A stretch of 62,108 nt of DNA, counting the filler, from an uncultured virus (IMG/VR IMGVR_UViG_2049941000_000856) (lineage: Duplodnaviria > Heunggongvirae > Uroviricota > Caudoviricetes). It is 4 parts of one record of this genome, joined end to end, with 100 filler letters (N's around TTAATTAATTAA, not from the genome) between each part and the next. Parts side by side here need not be neighbours in the genome. Positions count along the whole stretch, not along the records: positions 47,025 to 62,108 come from IMGVR_UViG_2049941000_000856; 3 more parts are not named here. One strand, written 5' to 3'. Each line of letters opens with the position of its first letter. The first letter of the stretch is position 1. Shown piece after piece: positions 47,961 to 57,744 of this stretch. The translations under genes were made by a program, and so were the position numbers. A model generated the notes under the pieces. The model did no database searches. It worked only from the letters and a program-made list of their open reading frames with translations, and was not told the origin of the DNA.

Positions 47961-49359
47961 CATCCCGGAAACGATGATTCCGGGCACTTACACGGGCTAC
48001 AACTATTACGCAGGCCCGAACGGTCTCCCCGCCAACATCCAGAAGGTGCTGCTCATTGGCGACGTGTCTTCTGCGGGGTCTCTTGCGGCTTGCAAGCCGA
48101 CTGAAGTTTCCAGCGAACAGGAAGCCATTGCGCTTGCCGGTTCGGGTTCCGTGCTTATGCAGATGTACAAGGCTGCAAAGAAAGCCTGGAAGTATGCCCA
48201 GATTACGCTCTTGCGACATGCCTCCGTGTCGGGTTCTGCCGCTACGTGGGAAAGTACTCTTTCCGGGACGGCTACTGCGGCTGGCATTGTTTCCGTCATC
48301 ATCAACGGTCAAAAGATTAGCGTGGGGGTCGCCAAGACAGACACCGCAGCAGCTGTCGCGACTGCTCTTGCCGCCGAAGTGAACAACACTCCCGACGCGC
48401 CTGTCACCGCCGAAGCCGCTTCTGCCAAGGTCACTCTCACTGCAAAGTGCGCCGGTGCGTATGTGTCCGCTGCTATGGGTGGCCTGAACGTGTCCGTGAC
48501 ATCCGAAGCGACTGGCATTACCGCAGGCGCTGTGAGCGCCACGGCTGGCGTCGGTACGGTTGACCTTACGACTGCCCTTGCCGCCGCCTTCCCTGAACGT
48601 TTCCACATCATCGTTTCCCCGGTGAATGACGAAACGAACCTCGGCTACCTCAAGACGCATCTTGAAGCTGCCGCTGCACCGCTTGAACAGCGTGGCCAGC
48701 GTGCCGTCTGCGCTATGGTCTCGGCTACGGCTACTGCCGCCAAGACCGAAGCACTCAAGCATAACTATGAACGCCTGCATATCGCGGCGGTCAAGACCAA
48801 GCTCAACGCTACCGTGTGGGAAATCGCGGCTGGTCTCGGTGCTATTTTCGCAAGCAACTCCAAGCCGAACGTCCCGATGAACGGCGTTGCCATTCCGGGA
48901 CTTGCAATCCCCGAAATCGAAGACAAGTGGAGCGGCGAAGAACAGGATGTCCTGCTTTACGCAGGTGTGATTCCGCTGGCGGAAGAAGATGGCCTGCTCT
49001 GCATCGTGCGTGCCGTGACAACGAAGAGCAATAATAGCGGTGTGCGCTTTACCAAGCTTATCGACACAGGCGTTATCGCCTCGCTTGATTACTTCCGCGA
49101 TGCAATTCTTTCTACGCACAAGGCGAAGTTCAAAAACAAGGTCATCCATGCACTCCTTGCGGACTCCATCAACGAAGAAAACAAGAAAGTTGCAAAAGAT
49201 CTTGAAGATGAAGAAATCCTGCGCTACATCGATGATTACGCAGACCAGTTCATCACGCAGGAATCCAAGAATGAACCGGGCCGCATGCTCTGCCAAATCC
49301 CTGCTCCTGTCGTGCCTGGCCTTAATCAGATTTACAACACCATCGACCTTTATCTTTAA
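47944..49359 (+). CDS. Contractile tail sheath (Mu gpL-like)
   Basis: PGTY; KVLLIG; GSGSVL..M; GVIPL; IVRAVTT; VVPGL. Confidence 0.9.
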   Translation: MNLNPNIPETMIPGTYTGYNYYAGPNGLPANIQKVLLIGDVSSAGSLAACKPTEVSSEQEAIALAGSGSVLMQMYKAAKKAWKYAQITLLRHASVSGSAATWESTLSGTATAAGIVSVIINGQKISVGVAKTDTAAAVATALAAEVNNTPDAPVTAEAASAKVTLTAKCAGAYVSAAMGGLNVSVTSEATGITAGAVSATAGVGTVDLTTALAAAFPERFHIIVSPVNDETNLGYLKTHLEAAAAPLEQRGQRAVCAMVSATATAAKTEALKHNYERLHIAAVKTKLNATVWEIAAGLGAIFASNSKPNVPMNGVAIPGLAIPEIEDKWSGEEQDVLLYAGVIPLAEEDGLLCIVRAVTTKSNNSGVRFTKLIDTGVIASLDYFRDAILSTHKAKFKNKVIHALLADSINEENKKVAKDLEDEEILRYIDDYADQFITQESKNEPGRMLCQIPAPVVPGLNQIYNTIDLYL

Positions 49360-49369
49360 GGAGTGAACC

Positions 49370-49735
49370 ATGAGAATTACTTCTCTTTCCCTCGTCAAGG
49401 ACGGCTCTGAAATTACCGACTTCTCGAAGTTCAAGGAAAACGAAATCGAGACCACCCAGACCGTAGAACACTTCAACGGCGAAGACTTTGTTAAAGTACC
49501 GAAGAAATACGGTTTCTCGATTACTTACTTGCCGCAATCGGGTGCAGACATCGATTGGGTTGCCGAAGAAGACAAGAATGACAAGGGATGGACCGTCATC
49601 GTGAATTACGTCGGCGGCTCGAAAGTCACGTTTACCGGAGTTCATCTTCTCAAGTCCACTCCGAACGAGGTTGACGGCAAGACCGCCAAGGAATCCCAAC
49701 TCGAATTTTACGCCGCAAAACGTAAGGTTAGCTGA
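49370..49735 (+). CDS. Tail tube protein
   Basis: 121 aa directly after the sheath gene. Confidence 0.7.
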   Translation: MRITSLSLVKDGSEITDFSKFKENEIETTQTVEHFNGEDFVKVPKKYGFSITYLPQSGADIDWVAEEDKNDKGWTVIVNYVGGSKVTFTGVHLLKSTPNEVDGKTAKESQLEFYAAKRKVS

Positions 49736-50295
49736 TGAGCGAACTTTCTGATAAAATTCAAGCCGCTCACGATGCAGCCGAAAAGGTCGATGTCGAAGAA
49801 TCTGCAATTATCGACCAGATCAAGAATGCCCACGAGGCCACCAAGGATATTGAGTGGCCAGGCATTCCCGATTTGAAAGTGCGCATGAGGCTCTTGACAG
49901 TTTCCGAAGCCCGCAAGGCGAAAGTCGATAACCAGCAAGAGTTCAAGCGTGACGGCATCGAAATCGGCATGCAGAACCTGGCGGACTACCGCGAACAGGA
50001 AGCTGTGCACGGTATGTGGCGGGCTTTCTCTGACCCTGAAACGGGTAAGCCGATTTTCAAGAGCGCCGAGCACATGCGAACCCTGTGCACCAATGATGAA
50101 CTGAAAGCCTTGTGCGATGCCTACAATGCCTTCTCCGACGAGAACGACCCGAACCTGGAAAAGCTCTCGGATGACGAATTTGAACAGCTCAAGGAAATTC
50201 TCAAAAAAAAACCGGACCAGATTCGCTCGAAAGTCTTAAGCTTGCCTGTAGCCTGGAAGCTTCTGCGTATTTTGGTTGCCCCGCAAGAGAACTAA
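49735..50295 (+). CDS. Tail assembly chaperone (probable -1 frameshift extension to 50375)
   Basis: Lies between tube and tape measure; A9 run at 50203-50211. Confidence 0.75.
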   Translation: MSELSDKIQAAHDAAEKVDVEESAIIDQIKNAHEATKDIEWPGIPDLKVRMRLLTVSEARKAKVDNQQEFKRDGIEIGMQNLADYREQEAVHGMWRAFSDPETGKPIFKSAEHMRTLCTNDELKALCDAYNAFSDENDPNLEKLSDDEFEQLKEILKKKPDQIRSKVLSLPVAWKLLRILVAPQEN

Positions 50296-50367
50296 ACGAC
50301 GCCCAATGGCTCCTCGTCTTTGCGATGAAGGGCTATTTGGTCGATAACGATAAAGGATGGCAGAGCA

Positions 50368-52335
50368 TTGGCTGACAATAGCGTTACATTGCGGATTGGT
50401 GCAGATCCGACTAAGCTTCAAAACGGCTTGAAACAATCTTCTGCCGCCATTGACAGCTTTGGCTCTCGTGCCCGTGCAAGCATTGCCCGTGTCGGAAGTT
50501 CCCTCAAGGGGCTTGCGGACCGCATGGTTACGCCATTCAATTCGTTGGTTCTTGGCGGTGGTCTTGGCATGGCCATCAAGAACGTGGGCGACCTTTCCGA
50601 ATCGCTCATGTACTATGGGATGGCCGCAAAGAAAAGCGACGCGGACACGAAGGTGTTCCGCGATTCGCTGCATAAAATGGCGGTCGAGACCGGGGTGGAT
50701 GCAGATACCATTTTGGCAGGCATTTCCCGCATTGGCGAAGTTACAGGCGACTTTGACTTTTCTGAACAGATGGGAGAAACGCTTGCTAAGGCCGCTAAGG
50801 CTTCCGGGGCCAGCGTCGATGAACTTGCCGCCGTCGCGGCTTCGATGAAAACGTCAATGGGTTGGGGTGCGGAACAAATTGCAAGTTCGTTCAACTCCCT
50901 CATCATTCAGGGCGACCAAGGCTCATACACTCTGCAAAAGTTCGCTGCCGAAGGCAAGGCTTTGCTTGCGGCGGCATCGTCGTTTGGCATCAAGTCGCAA
51001 GACCAGTTCGCGAATTTCGGGGCTTACTTGCAGGTGATGAACACTTCCATCAAAAGCGAAGCTGAACTCACTACATCTGTTTCGTCTTTGTTCAATGAAC
51101 TTATCGGCAAGGCGAAAGACCTTAAAAAGATTGGAGTGCGTGTATTCGATAAAGACGGGAATCTAAACGATTTCGACGACATCATGCGCCAGTTGATGGA
51201 GAAGACTGACGGCAACATCAAGAAGATATCGCCGATGTTCGGAGCATCGGCTTTGAAGGCTCTCACCCCTGTAATGGCTGAATACAAGAATGGTTGGCAA
51301 ACGCTCGATGCCATTACCAAGAGCGGTCAAGACGGCATGAACAACACCGAGGAACTCGACAAGCGTTTTCAAAAAACGTCTGACGATTTCAACACGAACG
51401 TGAACAAGATGAAGGCCGTTGCACTGCAATTTGCCGACACGAACCTTGCAGGGCCTGTAAATCAGCTTTCAGACGCTCTTAAATACCTTGGAGAACATCA
51501 AGGTCTTGTTACGGCTGGATTTAAGGCTATGACGGTAGCCGCTGGTGCTCTAGTGGCTGTCAAAGTTGGCGAGTTTGTCAAGTCTTTTGGCGGCCTTGTC
51601 GGAGACTTGAAGGGCTTCTGGTCCAGGAAAAACGGCAACGCGACCGCTGATGCTATTGAAGCGGCTGCGGGCGGTGTCCAGAAAGTATTCGTCGTCAACA
51701 TGGGTGGCGGCATGGGTAGTGCAAACTACATGGACGATGACGATCTCCCGGTTACCACCCGGAAGACGGCGACAGCGATGGAAACGACTACCAAGGAAGT
51801 GGGGCGATTTCGTCAAGGCCTTTCCAGCGCCCGTGCAGGTCTGAACCGACTTGGAAGTTCGCCTCTGGCAATGTCTGTTATGGGGGCTGCAACATCCTGG
51901 GCAATGGGGCAAATCTACAACTTTGGTCAAGCCTTTATGGAGTGGCGTAATGTAGTTGCCGAATCCCGCAAGACTGCCGCCAATACCATCGACACGAACG
52001 CCAAAAGTTTTGAAGAAAAGTACGGCAAGAACGTCCACGCTAAACGCTATGACGAAACGCTGAAGGCCATCAACGAAGAAGAAACGAGCTTTTTGCCGTC
52101 ACAGAAGAAGCTCGATAAACTCTATGCTCAGCTGGACGTTTCTCGCGAACTGATGAAACGCGACATTGCAAGCGGTGCACAACGTGTGTCCGCTCAAGAA
52201 TACATGAAAAATTTGACTGTGGCTCCGAACATAGTCATCAATCTCGATGCGTCAAACAATCGCTTTACCGCACAGAGCGACGGCGGCAAGCCCGCAAACA
52301 TCAGGGTGCAGAATACGCCGGGGATGGGTAGGTAA
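50368..52335 (+). CDS. Tape measure protein
   Basis: Ala/Gly-rich helical ORF; LKKIGVRVFDKDG; MFGASALKAL; TTG start. Confidence 0.85.
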   Translation: MADNSVTLRIGADPTKLQNGLKQSSAAIDSFGSRARASIARVGSSLKGLADRMVTPFNSLVLGGGLGMAIKNVGDLSESLMYYGMAAKKSDADTKVFRDSLHKMAVETGVDADTILAGISRIGEVTGDFDFSEQMGETLAKAAKASGASVDELAAVAASMKTSMGWGAEQIASSFNSLIIQGDQGSYTLQKFAAEGKALLAAASSFGIKSQDQFANFGAYLQVMNTSIKSEAELTTSVSSLFNELIGKAKDLKKIGVRVFDKDGNLNDFDDIMRQLMEKTDGNIKKISPMFGASALKALTPVMAEYKNGWQTLDAITKSGQDGMNNTEELDKRFQKTSDDFNTNVNKMKAVALQFADTNLAGPVNQLSDALKYLGEHQGLVTAGFKAMTVAAGALVAVKVGEFVKSFGGLVGDLKGFWSRKNGNATADAIEAAAGGVQKVFVVNMGGGMGSANYMDDDDLPVTTRKTATAMETTTKEVGRFRQGLSSARAGLNRLGSSPLAMSVMGAATSWAMGQIYNFGQAFMEWRNVVAESRKTAANTIDTNAKSFEEKYGKNVHAKRYDETLKAINEEETSFLPSQKKLDKLYAQLDVSRELMKRDIASGAQRVSAQEYMKNLTVAPNIVINLDASNNRFTAQSDGGKPANIRVQNTPGMGR

Positions 52336-53598
52336 ATGGCAGAAGAAGCTAGAGAATGCACGCTCGGTGAGTGGAACTTGAAGCTGACGAACATCAGCGA
52401 CGAGATCAGCCACGCCATGGCCGAAACGACCTATCCGTACAAGAATGGCGCTGAGCTTGAAGACATGGGCGTAAATCCCGAAGTTTTCAGGTTTTCGTGC
52501 ATCATCACTAACGAAGACTACGATAAAAACTACAGTGCGCTCCGAAACTGGTTCCTTTCGTATTTCCCGGAACCTGTAGAGCTGTATCACCCCGACCACG
52601 ATACGATTCTTTATGGATATCCGAAAAATGTTTCCTTTGCCTCTGACAAGCGCAGGAAATATGCGGAGTTTCAGTTCGACTTCGAAATAGCGAATCTCCA
52701 GGAAGAAACCCAGGCCTTTACCGACCCGACTGATGTGACCTACGAAGAGGCGAAGGAAGCGAATGCCGATGTACAGGCGTCCATCGCCAACGACATGCAG
52801 AAGGCCGGGGTTCCTGATGTCGAAGATTCCGACTGGTCACTGCTTGATGTGTGGGGTGCCCTTGGCGATGCCGCGCGTGCATTTGCATCGGGCGTCCAGT
52901 CTGCGATGGCGAAAATCCAGGGCGTTATCACTACTGTAAAGGCCCCTATCGATGCGATAAATACGACGATAGACTACATGGGCACACTTTCGGGCAAGTT
53001 GACCGAGAGTTTGCAGGGATGCTGCGACTCGTTCTCGGGTCTTGCTCGCCGGGCGACGAAATCTAAGAGTTCCACGGCGGTTCTTGCAGCGAATATGTCC
53101 GATATGCTTGTAAGTCTTGCCGGCTCTCCTGTATATGCGGCATACGCGACTCTTGCTGCATCTACGCTTGCAAACGAGACTGCGAAGCAGATCAGCGACG
53201 ACGAAAGAAGGATGGGTGAATCCATTGCCGCCGAAAGCGTTGTTTCCGACGATGCTGAAGGAAGGGAAATTGCCGAGACGAAGCCTGCATATATAGTCAC
53301 ACCTGCCGAACTCGAAGATAGCGTGGCCACGGTCCGCGAGTTCATCAATACGGTTCTCCCTGTTGCCATTTGCCCGGAACGGCTCAAGAAACAGGCTGCG
53401 ACCCTTAGCGAAGCTGTGTTGCGTATCAAGATGGAGTACATGACCACGAAGAAAGTCATGTTGCAGCATGAAACGCCTCTCCATCGTGTGTGCTTGGACA
53501 ACGGACTTGGCTACAAGGCGGCAGAACGTCTTTGTGCGCTTAACGCTGTCAAGAATCCCACTTTTATGAACGGCGAGGTGCTAGTCTATGATAAATGA
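52336..53598 (+). CDS. DNA circulation protein (Mu gpN-like)
   Basis: YPYKNGAELEDMG; LYHP; NAVKNPTFM. Confidence 0.85.
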   Translation: MAEEARECTLGEWNLKLTNISDEISHAMAETTYPYKNGAELEDMGVNPEVFRFSCIITNEDYDKNYSALRNWFLSYFPEPVELYHPDHDTILYGYPKNVSFASDKRRKYAEFQFDFEIANLQEETQAFTDPTDVTYEEAKEANADVQASIANDMQKAGVPDVEDSDWSLLDVWGALGDAARAFASGVQSAMAKIQGVITTVKAPIDAINTTIDYMGTLSGKLTESLQGCCDSFSGLARRATKSKSSTAVLAANMSDMLVSLAGSPVYAAYATLAASTLANETAKQISDDERRMGESIAAESVVSDDAEGREIAETKPAYIVTPAELEDSVATVREFINTVLPVAICPERLKKQAATLSEAVLRIKMEYMTTKKVMLQHETPLHRVCLDNGLGYKAAERLCALNAVKNPTFMNGEVLVYDK

Positions 53599-54589
53599 CA
53601 AGGATGAAGTTATCGTTGCCGTGAACGGCTCCCGGATGGACAAGTTCGTGAACTACAGCATTACACAGGACTTATTCGCGCCCGAAGGCTCCTTCTCATT
53701 CGAGGCGGACTCCAAGTATAACATTTCAGCAGGTGACGCATGCACCATATTCGTTAACAGAAAGGTCGTGATGGCGGGAATCATCGATACCGTCAAGCGG
53801 GAACTCTCTAGAAGCGGCCCCAAGCTTTCCTTTGAAGGTCGTTCTGTGGCGTCCGTTATGGTCGATTCCTGCGTAACAAAGTTTTCGACGCTTCCTACGA
53901 AGCTCGACGCTCTTGCTGAAAAGCTGGTGCGTGGGCTCCCATTCATCGGAAAGAAGGATTTCGAGTATTATTCCGGGGCGAAAAAGGCCAATGTCAGCAG
54001 AAAATTCGTTCAACTGTCCCCGGGAGATACTGTTTTCGAGGTCATCAAGCGTGCCGCCAACTCGCAAGGATACTTGTTTTGGGCAACTCCAGAAGGCAAA
54101 TTCTGCTTTGACAAGCCTTTAGTTCGTGGTAAGCCCCTGTTTTGGATTCACGCTAAGGGTGACGGCTCGGAGATGGACTATATCGAGGGATCCGTGACAA
54201 AGACTATTGATGGAGTCCATAGCGAAGTCCGAGTGATGGGTGAAAGCCAAGATGACAACGACATCAAGTACGTAATGGCGACCGTCAAGAACAACGAAAT
54301 GCCATTTGCAAAGCCCCTGGTCGTGAACTGGAACGAGAACGAAGGCCCCGCAAAGCGCACCGCAGAGCTTCAGATGGCTGTGGAAAAGGCCAGTTCAATC
54401 CGCCTTGAATATACAGTCAAGGGTCATTCTCAGAACTCCAACAATTGGGAAATCAATCGCTTTGTCGATGTCGATGACGAATTTAACGGTGCTAAAGACA
54501 GCTACCTCATCAAGTCGGTGACATTCACTCTTGACAGGCAGAACGGTAAGCGCACGCGTCTTGAGCTCCAGCCGGGGGGTGCATTGTGA
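53588..54589 (+). CDS. Baseplate hub (Mu gpP/gp44-like)
   Basis: VMAGIID; GRS...MVDS; PGDTVFEVI; VKGHSQ...WEINRFVDV. Confidence 0.85.
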   Translation: MINDKDEVIVAVNGSRMDKFVNYSITQDLFAPEGSFSFEADSKYNISAGDACTIFVNRKVVMAGIIDTVKRELSRSGPKLSFEGRSVASVMVDSCVTKFSTLPTKLDALAEKLVRGLPFIGKKDFEYYSGAKKANVSRKFVQLSPGDTVFEVIKRAANSQGYLFWATPEGKFCFDKPLVRGKPLFWIHAKGDGSEMDYIEGSVTKTIDGVHSEVRVMGESQDDNDIKYVMATVKNNEMPFAKPLVVNWNENEGPAKRTAELQMAVEKASSIRLEYTVKGHSQNSNNWEINRFVDVDDEFNGAKDSYLIKSVTFTLDRQNGKRTRLELQPGGAL

Positions 54590-55083
54590 TGAAATTCTTT
54601 ACGAGCATTATTTCGAGCTGCAAGGATATCGCTGGCAAGCTTCGCAACGTGTCGGCAAAGGCTAATGGTCGCGATGTCGAAGGTCGTCAGCTGATGCAGC
54701 AATTCGGCTTTGTGTCTGTACCGCCGAGCGGGTCGCGCATTCTCTTCCTGGAATTTGGAAACGTCATTGTAGGCGTGGCAAGCGACGGTAAGGACCGCCC
54801 GGAAGTCAAGGAAGGCGAAACCGCCGTATATCGTGACGATAAACAGTATATCATTTTCAAGCAGAACGGAACCATCGAAATGAAGGCTCCGAAAGGCGTG
54901 GATATCGATGGCGACCTTCGCGTAAAAAAGGATATCTGGGACAATACCGACAACCCTGCGGAAGTCGGATCCATTAGAAATTTGCGTGCAATCCTCAAGC
55001 CCCAGGTACACGGCACCGCTGTCGGCCCGTCTTCTCCTGGAACGCCGCCCATTGTTCCTGACCCTCCTCCTCCGGTGGTATAG
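54586..55083 (+). CDS. Baseplate spike (Mu gp45-like)
   Basis: QQFGFVSVPP; RPEVKEGETAVY. Confidence 0.85.
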   Translation: MMKFFTSIISSCKDIAGKLRNVSAKANGRDVEGRQLMQQFGFVSVPPSGSRILFLEFGNVIVGVASDGKDRPEVKEGETAVYRDDKQYIIFKQNGTIEMKAPKGVDIDGDLRVKKDIWDNTDNPAEVGSIRNLRAILKPQVHGTAVGPSSPGTPPIVPDPPPPVV

Positions 55084-55084
55084 T

Positions 55085-55402
55085 ATGACTTTTGAGAATG
55101 TCAAAGAAGAAATTGAAATGTCGCTCACGGTTGTCAAGGGCAGCTTTTTCAAGCGCCCGGAATTTGGCCACCGGTTCCGCGAGCTTCGCAATGCTCCTGC
55201 ATCCGAAAAGACTCGCCGCAAGACCGAACAGTTCGCTATTGAAGCGTTGCAGTGGCTTATTGACTACAAGCACGTGCGCAGCGTGACCGCATCCGCGACT
55301 TACATGAGCGATGACCGGCTCCTTCTCCATGTCGAAGCCGTCCTTTATGTGGGCGAAACCGTAACCTTTGAAAGATTTGTGGAGATCTCCGATGGCCATT
55401 AG
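55085..55402 (+). CDS. Baseplate wedge (Mu gp46-like)
   Basis: GSFF..PEFG; EALQWLID. Confidence 0.8.
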   Translation: MTFENVKEEIEMSLTVVKGSFFKRPEFGHRFRELRNAPASEKTRRKTEQFAIEALQWLIDYKHVRSVTASATYMSDDRLLLHVEAVLYVGETVTFERFVEISDGH

Positions 55403-56597
55403 TATTGATACCATTCTCCAGCGCATGATTGTCGATGCTGAGAACATGAATCCCGCCCTGATCGGAACTATTACGCAGGGAACAGAGACTTATATCCGCT
55501 TTTCGGTGGCGGCATCTGCCATTTGGGGTGTTTACAAGCAGCTCGACTGGACTGTGGACCAGATTTTCCCTTCCACGATGTCGAAGGAATCTCTCGAAAA
55601 GTTCGCCACGGAACGCGGAAAGGATGTCGAGGGACTTACTGGTGCAGAACTGCTTTCGTTTGTACTTTCTTATCTACGCAGGCCTCCTTCCGGTGGCAAG
55701 ATTACCGACTACGAACGATGGGCTCTTGAAGCTGTAAGCTCAGGCTCTGTAGTTGAGCTTCTTCCGTCGATGGTTTCTTCCGATCAGATTGCAATCGATG
55801 CCGATGCGTTTTGTGATCCGAAAAACAAGGACTCTATAGCCTTTTCGGTAAGTTCTTATAACGTCGGGGAATCTGTAATTGTCGATTTCGGCACAGACAA
55901 AGAGATTTCGGGTGTGGGAATCGGCTTCACGACTATTCGTGGTGGCGAATTTAGGGTGTATTCTTCCGAAGATTCTACGACATGGGCTCTCCGGTCGATT
56001 CTTGGCACTTCCGGGTGGGCAATGGACTCTTTCGATGCCGTTTCCGCCAGGTACTGGAAGATTGCTCTCACTTCTATCGATGCACTTGAAAACTGGATGA
56101 CTCCATCCTTGCACGATATCAAGTGTCATGGAGTGGAGTTTTACACCGATGACGGTACGCAGGAAAAGGCTACTTTCGCCAAATGTACCAAGAACCCCTA
56201 TGGCAAAGGAACAGTCGGGATTCTCCTGGCACCCGTCACTCTATCGATGAAGATGATTGAAACGGTACGCGACCACTGCGAAGAAGAAGGGCCCGTCGCT
56301 CCGAAGGAAATCTTTGTGGCGGTTCAACGCGAAACAACCGTGGACGTTAAGGTTCACTTGGATAGTTCGAGTTCGTTCGACGATGACGGGTTCCGTTCCG
56401 ACGTGCAGAAGTATTTTGCCGAGCTCAAGGCGGGCGACATGATTGTAACGGCTCAGATTACCGTATTCGCCATTAAGCATGGGGCGTTGCCTGACAGCGT
56501 TACTACCCGGAAGAACGGTGGCGCGTGGAGTAGCGCCGCGACGGTCGTGGCTAGTACCGACGAAAAATTCATCCTTGGAACATTGAGCGTGGAGTAA
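55392..56597 (+). CDS. Baseplate J-like (Mu gp47) with an inserted discoidin/F5-8C-like domain
   Basis: QIFPST; PPSGG..DYERWALE; GKGTV; insert with VDFG, YSSED..TW, ARYWKI. Confidence 0.8.
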   Translation: MAISIDTILQRMIVDAENMNPALIGTITQGTETYIRFSVAASAIWGVYKQLDWTVDQIFPSTMSKESLEKFATERGKDVEGLTGAELLSFVLSYLRRPPSGGKITDYERWALEAVSSGSVVELLPSMVSSDQIAIDADAFCDPKNKDSIAFSVSSYNVGESVIVDFGTDKEISGVGIGFTTIRGGEFRVYSSEDSTTWALRSILGTSGWAMDSFDAVSARYWKIALTSIDALENWMTPSLHDIKCHGVEFYTDDGTQEKATFAKCTKNPYGKGTVGILLAPVTLSMKMIETVRDHCEEEGPVAPKEIFVAVQRETTVDVKVHLDSSSSFDDDGFRSDVQKYFAELKAGDMIVTAQITVFAIKHGALPDSVTTRKNGGAWSSAATVVASTDEKFILGTLSVE

Positions 56598-56598
56598 C

Positions 56599-57117
56599 AT
56601 GAGCGAAGAAACCGTCAATCCGTTCGAATCCAGGCATTTCAGGGCGCTTTCGCTCCTGAAGCCGCTCCCTATGGACGCGGAAGATTATGCAGTATCCATG
56701 GAACTCGACAGACTTGTCGATGCGGCTGACGATGCACATAAGGAATCGTTTGCAAGTACATGTACACTTGCAGGCACTCTCGCACGTTGGGAAGACGCCT
56801 ACAGTCTCCCGGGAACCGGAACCGAGGAAGAACGTCTCCAAACGCTACTGGTGGCTATAAACAGGCAGTGGGGCATTGCGGCTAAACATTACAGGTTTAT
56901 CGCGGAACAGATGGGCTTCTCCGTCACCATCGACAAACCGCATAAACTTTTCAGGGCGGGACTTTCGAGAGTTGGCGAACCTGTCTATGACCTCGAAGAA
57001 CAGTATATCTGGACGATTCATGTGGATGCGAACAGAGAGGACTGCGCCACGCTTGTGAAGGAACTTGAAAATCAGACAATCCCGTTTACCGAGATAAGGT
57101 GGGTGTTCAATGACTAG
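56599..57117 (+). CDS. Baseplate protein (Mu gp48/DUF2313-like)
   Basis: LARWEDAYSLP; FRAGLSRVGEPV. Confidence 0.8.
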   Translation: MSEETVNPFESRHFRALSLLKPLPMDAEDYAVSMELDRLVDAADDAHKESFASTCTLAGTLARWEDAYSLPGTGTEEERLQTLLVAINRQWGIAAKHYRFIAEQMGFSVTIDKPHKLFRAGLSRVGEPVYDLEEQYIWTIHVDANREDCATLVKELENQTIPFTEIRWVFND

Positions 57118-57736
57118 ATACGAACAGCTTAAAAAAGACCTATTGCAGAACTTCAAGGACTTTCAGGATATCGAGCATCCTGGCGGTTCGGACGCTGCTA
57201 ACGAAATTGTCGCCGAAGGTCTCGCAAAATCAATCGACAGGGCTATCGATGCTGGTTTTGAGATTGATTTCCGTGGAGAAATGACTTGTGCCGCCATAAA
57301 TGCAGACGATCGTCAACCGGGCTACATCTATACGGCGAAAGATTCCGGTACTCTTGCGGGAAATCCTGTGTTGACTGTTACAGCGAACACTGTAGTCATG
57401 TGGGATGGATTCAGGTTCAAGACCGTCCTGAAACTTACTCCTGCCGATTACAGCCGCTTTATCGCGTATGTCGAATACATGATGAACAACTTCCGGGTTG
57501 ACGCCTACTTGTCCTCCGTGTCGCAAAATCCGGTGCAGAACAAGGTTGTCACCGCCGCGCTTGCCAACGAAACAGCGGCAAGGGAGCAGGCTGACGAAGC
57601 TCTCCAGGAGCAAATCGACGCTATTGACGACACTTACGAGACCAAGGCCGATGCAAAGGCCAAGGCGAACGCCTGGGGCGTAGGAATGCGATACCAGGCG
57701 ACTAACACACTTAAGTTTTACAGACCTAACCTATAG
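57110..57736 (+). CDS. Hypothetical tail protein
   Basis: LSSVSQNPVQNKVV and ETAAREQAD..LQ..ID fibre-type motifs. Confidence 0.6.
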   Translation: MTRYEQLKKDLLQNFKDFQDIEHPGGSDAANEIVAEGLAKSIDRAIDAGFEIDFRGEMTCAAINADDRQPGYIYTAKDSGTLAGNPVLTVTANTVVMWDGFRFKTVLKLTPADYSRFIAYVEYMMNNFRVDAYLSSVSQNPVQNKVVTAALANETAAREQADEALQEQIDAIDDTYETKADAKAKANAWGVGMRYQATNTLKFYRPNL

Positions 57737-57744
57737 GGGGCTCC

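Noticed and set aside
47929..49476. Long antisense ORFs (also 20679-21950, 45491-46711, 36221-37042)
   Set aside because: Shadow frames of well-supported genes on the opposite strand, with no recognisable motifs.
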